Assembly (NCBI GenBank): GCA_051002495.1
Contig: JBPCMH010000223.1
Span: 1 to 28,139 of the forward strand
DNA: 28,139 nt
Origin: Acidimicrobiales bacterium
Lineage (GTDB): Bacteria; Actinomycetota; Acidimicrobiia; Acidimicrobiales; CADCTF01
Direction: 5' to 3'
Under the pieces are notes generated by a model, which had not been told where the DNA came from, made no database searches, and worked only from the letters and a program-made list of their open reading frames with translations. The position numbers and the translations under genes were made by a program. Below, piece by piece: positions 1-7,391 of the stretch. Each line of letters opens with the position of its first letter. The stretch's first letter is position 1.

Positions 1-508
1 GGGTGGCCGGCCCCGCCGCGACTCTCTGCATGCGAGACACATCGACAATGAGCGGCGACACCCTCACATCGGCGTAGCCCATCTCGATCAGTTCGCCGGC
101 GTTGAACTGCGAGTCGGCCAGCGTTATCTCCGCGCGATCTCTCAGCAAACGGAGCTCGCGACGTCCACCCTCGAGAAGCCCCGCGAACGCAGGATCGTAC
201 GGATAGAAGTATGGCGCCGGAGAAATGTTGTGATAGATGATCCCGAGTCGCTCAGGCCGTCGGCGCAGGAAAGCAAACACTTCCGGCGCGCCAATCGAGG
301 CGTGGAAAAGGAGCACATCTCGTGTGATGTCGGTACTTCGACTCCCGTAATGCTGCAGCGGCAGGACGTCGTCATGGAGCTCTGGATGGATGTAATAGGC
401 AAACACCTCGGAGCGGCAGGCCTGCCGGAGGAGCGACCGACATTCGAGGGCCGAGTTGGTAACCGCATCGCCTGGCGTCGCCGAAACGACAACCTGGTGA
501 ATCTCCAT
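1..508 (-). CDS. Glycosyltransferase, GT4-like, N-terminal part (runs off the left edge)
   Basis: Hand translation from ATG at 508 gives MEIHQVVVSATPGDAVTNSALECRSLL...LLFHASIG...IIYHNISPAPYF...LADSQFNAGELIEMGY, open to position 2. The GDAVTN, YHNI(S/T)P and ADSxFN motifs are typical of a GT4 subfamily. ATG overlaps the upstream gene's stop (TGATG). Absent from the ORF track. Confidence 0.8.
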   Translation of the reverse strand, partial: MEIHQVVVSATPGDAVTNSALECRSLLRQACRSEVFAYYIHPELHDDVLPLQHYGSRSTDITRDVLLFHASIGAPEVFAFLRRRPERLGIIYHNISPAPYFYPYDPAFAGLLEGGRRELRLLRDRAEITLADSQFNAGELIEMGYADVRVSPLIVDVSRMQRVAAGPAT

Positions 509-1722
509 CAGCGGCGGGCGATGACGGCGTAGTCCTGCGAGCCGAAGAGCAGCTGGTTCAGTCGCTTCGTGTTCGCATTGTGCACCGACGCCCCGGGCGC
601 GTCATCAGCCACGTCGTCCAACACATCGCTGGCCGGCGTCGGAGAGCGCCAATCGATCTCAACGATGGCAAATCCGATCTGCTGAAACAAGAACGACAGG
701 TAGGAGGGATGGACCGGTTGGGAATGCGTCGGGTCGAGGTAGAAGGAGTGCGCGTACACGTAGAGCGACTGCGGGTTGACGGTCTCGACCACGAGCAGGC
801 CACCCTTCTTCAACTTCGTGGCCGACAACGCGACGAAGTCGACTACTTCCTGGGGGCTGAGGTGCTCGATCACCTGGATGAGGCTTAGCGCGTCAACCGA
901 CTCGTCGTCCTGTAACCGGAGCCACCCAATTGCATCGCCCTCAACGATGTCGAGCCCGCGAGCTCGGCCGGCTTCAACCAAATCTGGATCGATCTCCACA
1001 CCGGATGCTTCCAGCCCATTGGCCCGCAGGATATCGATGAACTCACCGCGCCCGCAGCCGATGTCGACAACGCTGAGCATGCCCTCGAACCGGCCGGCCA
1101 GATCGGCGTAGCGACCGCGTAACTCATCTGCGCTCCCTCGAAACGCCTCTTCGAAGTCCTCCGCCGAGAACCACGGACGGAACCCGCGCTTTAGTGCGTC
1201 CGCTTCGAGGTCGGCAACGCGGCGTCGCAAGTCTGCGACGGCGGCGCCGCTCTCCACCGGTGCTCGCTCAAAGGCTGAGACTCGGTCGAACAAGGCGTCG
1301 ATCTGGCCCATGAGGGAAACATGGTCGTGGCCGTGGGGATGCTCGATCGCGGCCACGACCTCGCGTAGTGCATCACGGACAGCCTCGGCGAACGTCTGCG
1401 ACTGGGCCAGGATGCCTGCGGTCTGTCGGCCGACAACCTTGGCCGCGGCCTTGTGTATGGCACCGCCGCCCGGAACCGACGAGTTGACCTCGATGCGTGC
1501 GGGGCTGAAACCCATGTTCTGTTCGAGGTTGCCCAGGGCGGCGTGCAGCCGCTCGTGGTCATACGGTCGCTGCAGGTGGGCCGCCACCCGGTCGAAGTGT
1601 TCGTCGAGCTTGTCCTCAAGGTCGGGCGGGTACGCCCCCGCCTTCCGCCGCTCCTGCACTCGCGCTCTCAGGCGGCGGATGAGCGCGTCGACGTTCTCCT
1701 CTTCGGGTTGCGTGGTCGTCAT
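508..1722 (-). CDS. Class I SAM-dependent methyltransferase with N-terminal helical/coiled-coil region (glycan-modifying type)
   Basis: SAM motif VVDIGCGRGEF, plus GVEID, LIQVIEHL, LVVETVNP and FYLDPTH. Heptad-like segment VADLRRRVADLEADA precedes the catalytic domain. Start moved from 1869 to ATG 1722 (MTTTQPEE), which has TAACCT 8 nt upstream; the longer start overlaps the FkbM gene. Confidence 0.85.
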   Translation of the reverse strand: MTTTQPEEENVDALIRRLRARVQERRKAGAYPPDLEDKLDEHFDRVAAHLQRPYDHERLHAALGNLEQNMGFSPARIEVNSSVPGGGAIHKAAAKVVGRQTAGILAQSQTFAEAVRDALREVVAAIEHPHGHDHVSLMGQIDALFDRVSAFERAPVESGAAVADLRRRVADLEADALKRGFRPWFSAEDFEEAFRGSADELRGRYADLAGRFEGMLSVVDIGCGRGEFIDILRANGLEASGVEIDPDLVEAGRARGLDIVEGDAIGWLRLQDDESVDALSLIQVIEHLSPQEVVDFVALSATKLKKGGLLVVETVNPQSLYVYAHSFYLDPTHSQPVHPSYLSFLFQQIGFAIVEIDWRSPTPASDVLDDVADDAPGASVHNANTKRLNQLLFGSQDYAVIARR

Positions 1723-1730
1723 CGACGGGG

Positions 1731-1736
1731 AGGTTA
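1731..1736 (-). promoter_or_regulatory. Putative -10 element (TAACCT) for a leaderless or near-leaderless methyltransferase mRNA
   Basis: TANNNT hexamer 8 nt before ATG 1722, no Shine-Dalgarno sequence. Confidence 0.4.
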
Positions 1737-1795
1737 GTGCCAGGCATGCCGGGCCAACGGCCGAGGGCCACGGAGACTCGATGCTCGCCGACAGC

Positions 1796-2581
1796 TCAGA
1801 AGTCGACCATCGGGCACTCGGTGTAGCGCACTCGGCCCGGGCCGACGATGGCCTCCACCTTCGCGCCAAGATCGCCCATCAACAGCCCCTGGCTCTTCAA
1901 GTTCGTGTTGTAGTGGAACTCGCCTCTGACGTGTTCGACCCGATCGAGGATGGTGGTGGCTGGGAGCACCTCGTACTCGCCACCCTCGATGTCGATCTTC
2001 AACATCTTGCACCGTTCGATGCCGTTGGCGGCAAAGATCTCGTCGAGGGTCGTCGACGGCACATGCCGGGAACGACCTTCGAACGCTGGGTTGTCCGGGT
2101 CCGCGTACACCGCCGTGCCACCGGCTGAGTTGTCGTCGAGCCACACCACCATTTCGAGGTCGCGGCCGTCCCCCGTGACGGCGACGTTGAAGGCGACGAC
2201 GTTGGTGATGTCATTGCGCTCAAGGTTGGCTTGGAGCTGCGAGAACGACTCAGGGATCGGCTCATAGGCGTAGATCTTCAAGCCGGGATACTTCTTGGCC
2301 AGCCAAATCGAAACAGCACCAACGTGGGCACCGAGGTCGACGACCACATCACCCGGCTCAAAGGTGATGTCGGAGAAGTCGTAGGCGCCAACGCCGATCT
2401 CGGTAACGATGATGTCGAGGGCCTTGGCGCCGACCGCATCGCCCAGAAGCAGTTCCTGACCGGCGACGTCGAAGGTGCGCACCCGCGCTGATCCCTCGAT
2501 TCGGTCGATCGGTGGAGCGGGCGGCGGCGCCGACGGTCGCCTCAGCAGTCGGCGAGCAATGCGGCGCAGGAGCTGTTGCAT
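1796..2581 (-). CDS. FkbM family methyltransferase
   Basis: VVVDLGAHVG, YAYEP, NLERN, VAV, TTLDEI and KIDIEGGEYEVL are the FkbM motif set. Start placed at ATG 2581 (MQQLLRR) rather than 2752, which would overlap the divergent gene. Confidence 0.85.
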   Translation of the reverse strand: MQQLLRRIARRLLRRPSAPPPAPPIDRIEGSARVRTFDVAGQELLLGDAVGAKALDIIVTEIGVGAYDFSDITFEPGDVVVDLGAHVGAVSIWLAKKYPGLKIYAYEPIPESFSQLQANLERNDITNVVAFNVAVTGDGRDLEMVVWLDDNSAGGTAVYADPDNPAFEGRSRHVPSTTLDEIFAANGIERCKMLKIDIEGGEYEVLPATTILDRVEHVRGEFHYNTNLKSQGLLMGDLGAKVEAIVGPGRVRYTECPMVDF

Positions 2582-2589
2582 GGCGCGTG

Positions 2590-2595
2590 ATCCTA
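2590..2595 (-). promoter_or_regulatory. Putative -10 element (TAGGAT) upstream of the FkbM gene
   Basis: TANNNT 8 nt before ATG 2581 in a divergent intergenic gap. Confidence 0.4.
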
Positions 2596-2665
2596 GTTGC
2601 AGTCGCAATCGGATCTTCAGCCCGGCGGCGGGGCCAAGCAGCTTCGGCACCCCGCCGACGGTCGG

Positions 2666-2671
2666 TATCGT
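2666..2671 (+). promoter_or_regulatory. Putative -10 element (TATCGT) for the membrane-protein gene
   Basis: TANNNT 7 nt before in-frame GTG 2679. Confidence 0.35.
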
Positions 2672-2678
2672 GGACCTG

Positions 2679-3218
2679 GTGGAGGCGCTCTTGTGGACCC
2701 TGTTCGGCCTGACCGCACTGGTCGCCCTCATCGTGATCGTCGCGCTGTTCATCGTCGTTAGGACTGTTCGCCGATCCAGCCGGGTCGTTCCTGAGGTTCG
2801 GGGGCCGGCGCCCTTGTCCTGGCAGGCCTCTGTGCGGCGCCCGGCCCGCCTCCATCGCCGCCTCCAACAGAGCGTCTCGTCGGTTCGCCTCGCCCTCGAC
2901 GCATCGACGACCTCACTCGACCTGCAGTCCCTCGTCGCGGAGCTTGAGTCTCACGCGTGCGCGCTCGATGAGCAGTTGGTGTTGGCCGCTCGAGCCCCGA
3001 GCGCGCAGCGAGGTCGACTGCTGAACGAGCTCGATGGCGAGAGCGCAGCATTGTCTGAAGCCGCGCGCCGGATCATCCAACTGGCGAGACAGCCCGACGG
3101 CGGCCAGCGCGCCATCGATCGCATTGCAGACCGGCTCGACGCGCTCGATGCCGCCCTCCATGAACTTGACGGGCAGCCGATGCCTCGGCTGCCCAGGCCT
3201 CAATCCGACTCTGCTTGA
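2679..3218 (+). CDS. Hypothetical membrane-anchored helical protein
   Basis: One strongly hydrophobic N-terminal stretch (ALLWTLFGLTALVALIVIVALFIVV) followed by basic residues and a Leu/Ala-rich amphipathic helical domain. Start is GTG 2679 or 2670. The stop overlaps the convergent trpD end by 19 bp. Confidence 0.65.
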   Translation: MEALLWTLFGLTALVALIVIVALFIVVRTVRRSSRVVPEVRGPAPLSWQASVRRPARLHRRLQQSVSSVRLALDASTTSLDLQSLVAELESHACALDEQLVLAARAPSAQRGRLLNELDGESAALSEAARRIIQLARQPDGGQRAIDRIADRLDALDAALHELDGQPMPRLPRPQSDSA

Positions 3219-4258
3219 GCCGCTGCCTGCGACGTGGCGACGAGCCGGTCGAGCACCGACGCGGCCAGGCCTTCATCGATTGAGGACGCGGCTCGATGTA
3301 GACCATCGGCCAGGTCGGACGCGATGTCGGCCACCACCAGCGACGCGGCCGCATTGAGCAAGACAATGTCTCGATGAGGTCCGACCTCACCCTCCAGCAC
3401 GGCGCGAGCGAGCCGAGCGTTGGTGGCGGGATCGCCACCCCGCAGGTCATCAATCGTGGCGGTCGGAAGGCCAAGCGCAGCCGGGTCGACGGCGTAGGTG
3501 CGCACTCGCCCGTCGACGAGCTCCATTGCCGTGCTGGTCGTTGTCGTGGTCAACTCGTCCAACCCGTCGTGGCCATAGGCCACGATCGCATGCTCCGCGC
3601 CGTTTGCCTGGAGCACACCAATCATCTTCTCGGCCATACGAGCGTCGCTCACGCCGACGAACTGGCGCTTGGGGCGAGCCGGGTTGGCTAGGGGCCCGAG
3701 GTAGTTGAACACAGTCGGGATGCCCACCTCGCGCCGGGGCAGTCCGGCGTGCCGCATGGCGGGGTGAAATCGGACGGCGAAGCAGAAACCCATCCCCGCC
3801 TCCTCGAGACACCGGGCGACGCCGGCCGGACCAAGGTCAATGGCTACACCGAGCGCTTCGAGCAGGTCGGCCGACCCGGTCGCGGAGGATGCGGCGCGGT
3901 TCCCGTGCTTGCATACGACCGCTCCCGCTCCAGCGGCCACGAAGGACGCGATCGTTGACACGTTGATGCTGTGGCTGCCATCTCCGCCAGTGCCACACGT
4001 GTCGATCACGTCGCCGACCGTTGGCACCGGTTCTGCGAAGCTCAGCATCGCTCCCACGAGCCCGGTCATTTCCTCGACCGTCTCGCCTTTCATGCGCAGC
4101 GCCACCATGAACGCCGCAATCTGAGCGGGGGTCGCCCGTCCCTCAAGGATCCCGGTCAGCGCCGCGCCAGCCTGCACCGACGTCAGGTCTTCAGCCGCGA
4201 CCAAGCGCGCCAGAACAAACGGCCACCCGCCGAGCTCCTCGAGCGTCACCTCCGGCAT
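3200..4258 (-). CDS. trpD: Anthranilate phosphoribosyltransferase
   Basis: DTCGTGGDGSHSINVST, KHGNRAASSATGSADLLEALG, FHPAMRH, TVFNYLGPLANP, GHDGLDE and LLNAAA are all canonical TrpD motifs. Confidence 0.97.
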   Translation of the reverse strand: MPEVTLEELGGWPFVLARLVAAEDLTSVQAGAALTGILEGRATPAQIAAFMVALRMKGETVEEMTGLVGAMLSFAEPVPTVGDVIDTCGTGGDGSHSINVSTIASFVAAGAGAVVCKHGNRAASSATGSADLLEALGVAIDLGPAGVARCLEEAGMGFCFAVRFHPAMRHAGLPRREVGIPTVFNYLGPLANPARPKRQFVGVSDARMAEKMIGVLQANGAEHAIVAYGHDGLDELTTTTTSTAMELVDGRVRTYAVDPAALGLPTATIDDLRGGDPATNARLARAVLEGEVGPHRDIVLLNAAASLVVADIASDLADGLHRAASSIDEGLAASVLDRLVATSQAAAQAESD

Positions 4259-4264
4259 GGCCCG

Positions 4265-5434
4265 TCAGTCCCACCAGATGTCATGGTCGAGGACTCCCTT
4301 GGCGATGAGGCCTAGCTGGATCTGCGACGTGCCTTCGACGATGGTCAGTTGCTTGGCGTCGCGGTAGTAGAGCTCGGTCATGTGGTCCTTCATGTACCCG
4401 GCTGCTCCGAGCAGTTGAAGCGAAACATCGGAGGCTCGGACAGCCAGTTCAGTGGCGTAATACTTAGCCATCGACAGGAAAGGCACCCACTCCTTGGTGA
4501 ACCTGCCCTGATCGGCGTATGACGCGGCCCGGTAGGTCAGGAGGCGGGCTGCCTCGATCTCCGTAGCAATCTTGGCGATCTCCCACTGAATGCCTTGGAA
4601 GTCGGCGACGGTCTTGTTGAACGCGGCCCGCTCCTTCACGTACTCGGTGGCATACATAAGCGCACCCTCGGCCAAGCCGATGCCGCGAGCCGCGACGATC
4701 GGGCGCATCGAGTTGAGACCCATCATGGCCAGCCGGAAGCCTCCGACTTCGCCGATGACGTTCTCGGCTGGGACCCTCACGTCGCGCAGGAGCAGTTCGC
4801 CGGTATCGACGCCCCTGACGCCCATCTTCCGGTCGGTAGAGCCGACCTCCAGCCCATCGAGGTTGCGGTCGACGATGAACGCGGTGATGGAGTCGTGCTT
4901 GCGCTCGGTGACGTCGGTTGAGGTCTTGGCAAACACTGTGTACCAGTCAGCTTGGACCACACCTGACATCCAGCACTTGGTGCCGTTCAGCACCCAGTCG
5001 CCGCCGTCGAGCACCGCTTTGGTGCGCATGCCCATCACGTCGCTCCCGGCCTGCGACTCGGAAAGCCCAAACGCCGAACGCGTCGACCCGTCAGCGATGT
5101 CTGGGAGGTATTTCTGCTTCTGTTCCTCCGAGCCGGCGATCATCACCGGACCGGTCGGTAGCCGGGTGAGCAGCAGCATCAGCGCCGCGGTGTTTGAGTA
5201 CTTGGCCACCTCTTCGATGGCGATCGTGAGGCCAAGGATGCCGGCTCCGCCGCCGCCGTACTCCGTCGGGATACACAGCCCGAGCAGGCCGGCGTCGCGG
5301 AAGACCTCGAAGATGTCTTGCGGGTACTCGCCGGTCTCGTCGATCTCGCGAGCGCGCGGCTTCACCTTCTCCTGGGCGATCTTGCGACACGTGGTCTGCA
5401 GCTCGGCAAGTTCTTCAGGGAGATCGAAGTCCAT
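4265..5434 (-). CDS. Acyl-CoA dehydrogenase family protein
   Basis: AFGLSESQAGSDV, LNGTKCWMSG, KMGVRG, R-x-AF-x-KTVADFQGIQW, QLLGAAGY and IVEGTSQIQ are the FAD-dependent ACAD signatures. Confidence 0.95.
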   Translation of the reverse strand: MDFDLPEELAELQTTCRKIAQEKVKPRAREIDETGEYPQDIFEVFRDAGLLGLCIPTEYGGGGAGILGLTIAIEEVAKYSNTAALMLLLTRLPTGPVMIAGSEEQKQKYLPDIADGSTRSAFGLSESQAGSDVMGMRTKAVLDGGDWVLNGTKCWMSGVVQADWYTVFAKTSTDVTERKHDSITAFIVDRNLDGLEVGSTDRKMGVRGVDTGELLLRDVRVPAENVIGEVGGFRLAMMGLNSMRPIVAARGIGLAEGALMYATEYVKERAAFNKTVADFQGIQWEIAKIATEIEAARLLTYRAASYADQGRFTKEWVPFLSMAKYYATELAVRASDVSLQLLGAAGYMKDHMTELYYRDAKQLTIVEGTSQIQLGLIAKGVLDHDIWWD

Positions 5435-5440
5435 GGCGGG

Positions 5441-5446
5441 AACCTA
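5441..5446 (-). promoter_or_regulatory. Putative -10 element (TAGGTT) for a leaderless acyl-CoA dehydrogenase mRNA
   Basis: TANNNT 6 nt before ATG 5434, no Shine-Dalgarno sequence. Confidence 0.45.
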
Positions 5447-5461
5447 CCGCCACTCCGCGGA

Positions 5462-5695
5462 TCAGGCCGACTTGCGGCGCTGCCGGATGAGCCGGCGGCG
5501 CTCCTTCTCGGTGGCGCCGCCCCACACACCGTCGCGCTCGCGGCTCGTCAGCGCCCATTCGAGGCACGGTTGGCGAACTACGCACGCGTCACAGACCGAC
5601 TTGGCCGCCTCGGCCTCGTCATCGGTGATGGGATAGAAGATCTCTGGTTCGATGCCCTGGCAGGCGGCACGCTGCCGCCACTTCAGATTCGTCAG
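5462..5695 (-). CDS. whiB: WhiB family Fe-S transcriptional regulator (77 aa, CTG start)
   Basis: Hand translation: (M)TNLKWRQRAACQGIEPEIFYPITDDEAEAAKSVCDACVVRQPCLEWALTSRERDGVWGGATEKERRRLIRQRRKSA*. It has four Cys (C-x22-C-x2-C-x5-C), GVWGG and a basic tail. An in-frame TGA lies three codons upstream of CTG 5695, so no ATG/GTG/TTG start is available. The symbol is family-level only. Confidence 0.93.
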   Translation of the reverse strand: MTNLKWRQRAACQGIEPEIFYPITDDEAEAAKSVCDACVVRQPCLEWALTSRERDGVWGGATEKERRRLIRQRRKSA

Positions 5696-5701
5696 GGGGG
5701 A

Positions 5702-5709
5702 TCACCCTC
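5702..5709 (-). promoter_or_regulatory. Shine-Dalgarno-like site GAGGGTGA for whiB
   Basis: One mismatch from GGAGGTGA-type complementarity and 6 nt upstream of CTG 5695. Confidence 0.55.
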
Positions 5710-5796
5710 GCGCTACTCGTGGTCGAAAATATGGACGTTCGGCCCCGGCCGCAGCCCCTACCCGCCGGTGGGGGGCCGCATGCAGACCGGCGGCGC

Positions 5797-5826
5797 AGTA
5801 TGGACGACAACCGGCGGTGAAGTCCA
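5797..5826 (-). promoter_or_regulatory. Possible whiB promoter (TGGACT-N18-CATACT)
   Basis: Near-consensus -35 and -10 hexamers with 18-nt spacing in the 212-bp gap. The first base of the -10 deviates from TANNNT. Confidence 0.25.
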
Positions 5827-5907
5827 AACGATCAGTCAGCAAGCAAGTCGCTGACCAGGGATGACACTGCGTCGATGGTCAGGACGGTGTCGTGCTCGAC
5901 CTCTCGG

Positions 5908-7299
5908 TCAGGCTCGGGGCTGGCAAGCCAGCGAGACCTGCTCCATGGAGTAGCGGATCCGGGCCAGCGACTCCCGACTGGCTTCCTCTGCCGGACGGAC
6001 GGCCCAGCCTCCAAGCCATGCCAGTTCAGCCTCTGATGGGCCGAGCGCGGGATCAAGCGACGCGGCGGCGACCAAGTGCGGGCTCACGGCATCAACCACG
6101 GCTCGTGTCGCTTCCTGAGTGGGAAGCTCCCATCGCGGCGACGAGGCGAAGGTTTGCCATGCCGGACAGGTCTGGCCGAGCGAATCCCGGATCGCCGTTT
6201 CCTCAGCCGAAAGCGGCGCGGGCCCGGCGACCGCCTGTTTCGGCGGCGGATCGCCAGCCAGGATCGACCCAAGCACCGTGCCGCCGACGGAGACGACGAT
6301 CACGGCCACGACGATGGCCACAAGTCGCGGCACGAAAAACCTGGCCCACGTGCGGGGATCGGGGCTGACCTGATCGACCCGGCCCCGGAAACAGGTGCCC
6401 AAGGAGCCTTCCGCGTCGACGGCCTTGTTGGCCCGCCCAATCCAGGTCAAGGCAATCGGCGCGGTGTGGCGCCGCGTGATCGTCACCTGCCCACCGATCG
6501 GGCACTGCCAGACGTCGGCCGCGACGATCTGTTCGTCTGGGATCACAACGGCGGACGGGTCCGCAGTCCGCAACTGTCCGACCGACATGCGGACGGCGTT
6601 CGCTGGGCTGACTCGCTTGGCTCGCACCAAGGCCAACCATCCGGGGCCAATGACTAGGTGCCGGGCGCCGCGACCCGCGCCGCGAAGCCCGAGCAGCGCG
6701 GCCGCCGGCGCTCCTTCCGGGTTCGACGCCGGAACTACTACCTCACCGGTGGCCCGCACGGCTTGGGCATCAGCCCGAGCGCTGGCGGTGCGATCCTTGC
6801 GCGACGGCCGACCCTTGACAGGCGCGTGAGCGGTCTGGGCGGTCTGTGCCGGCGATGGGGCTGGCGATCCGGCTGGCGATGGGGCTGGGCGCGCGGGCGC
6901 GGCCACGCCTCCACGCCCGGATTGCTCGACCCGGGGGGCAGGACGGGCCGCGGTCACCGGTTGGGCTCGGCCGGCCATGCTCGGCGGGGGTGCCGATGGT
7001 CGAGCGGCGGGTTGGGCCGGACTCGGCGCGCCAGTCGTCGGCGGCTCAGAACGCGCCATCGGTGCCTGCGGCGGAGCGGGCTGGGGCCGATGCGTGGGTC
7101 GCGCGACAGGCGCCGGCGGCGGGACGGGCCGCTGAGCGACCGGGGCCGCTGGTACCGGCGGGGCCACTGGTGCGGGCGCGACGGTATTGACCGGCGGCGG
7201 CGCGCCGCCGTCCCAGGTCTCACAGACGCACTTGCCGGTGACCCGATTCAGCAGGCGCCCGCAACTTGAACACGTCTTGACGGTTCCAGGCTCACCCAC
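5908..7299 (-). CDS. Hypothetical membrane protein: N-terminal Cys cluster (Zn-ribbon-like), long Pro/Ala-rich linker, globular domain, one TM helix, C-terminal helical domain
   Basis: CSSC-x10-CVC near the N-terminus; about 150 aa rich in P/A/R; TM segment LVAIVVAVIVVSVGGTVLGSILA; GTG start at 7299. It fills the space between whiB and the divergent antiporter. Confidence 0.7.
   Translation of the reverse strand: MGEPGTVKTCSSCGRLLNRVTGKCVCETWDGGAPPPVNTVAPAPVAPPVPAAPVAQRPVPPPAPVARPTHRPQPAPPQAPMARSEPPTTGAPSPAQPAARPSAPPPSMAGRAQPVTAARPAPRVEQSGRGGVAAPARPAPSPAGSPAPSPAQTAQTAHAPVKGRPSRKDRTASARADAQAVRATGEVVVPASNPEGAPAAALLGLRGAGRGARHLVIGPGWLALVRAKRVSPANAVRMSVGQLRTADPSAVVIPDEQIVAADVWQCPIGGQVTITRRHTAPIALTWIGRANKAVDAEGSLGTCFRGRVDQVSPDPRTWARFFVPRLVAIVVAVIVVSVGGTVLGSILAGDPPPKQAVAGPAPLSAEETAIRDSLGQTCPAWQTFASSPRWELPTQEATRAVVDAVSPHLVAAASLDPALGPSEAELAWLGGWAVRPAEEASRESLARIRYSMEQVSLACQPRA
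6851..6886. repeat. Three tandem 12-bp units (GGCGATGGGGCT / GGCGATCCGGCT / GGCGATGGGGCT) inside the Pro-rich linker
   Basis: Read directly from the sequence; lies in the stretch encoding PAPSPAGSPAPSP on the minus strand. Confidence 0.8.
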
Positions 7300-7377
7300 A
7301 GTGCCCTATTCATCGGCAGCCCCCACCCCCCAACTTGAGGATCAAGGCCAAAGTGTCGGAGGGCCCGTGGCGACTCC

Positions 7378-7383
7378 TAGGAT
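7378..7383 (+). promoter_or_regulatory. Putative -10 element (TAGGAT) for the antiporter-glpD operon
   Basis: TANNNT 8 nt before GTG 7392. Confidence 0.4.
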
Positions 7384-7391
7384 GGCCCGGC

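Noticed and set aside
4590-5636. 348-aa plus-strand ORF
   Set aside because: Antisense shadow of the acyl-CoA dehydrogenase and whiB genes; no motifs.
5462-5695. Assignment as WhiB7/WblC
   Set aside because: No C-terminal AT-hook (RGRP); left at family level.
7354-7375. TGTCGG (PafBC hexamer) upstream of the antiporter
   Set aside because: The hexamer 10 nt downstream (GCGACT) does not fit NANNNT and the gene is not repair-related.
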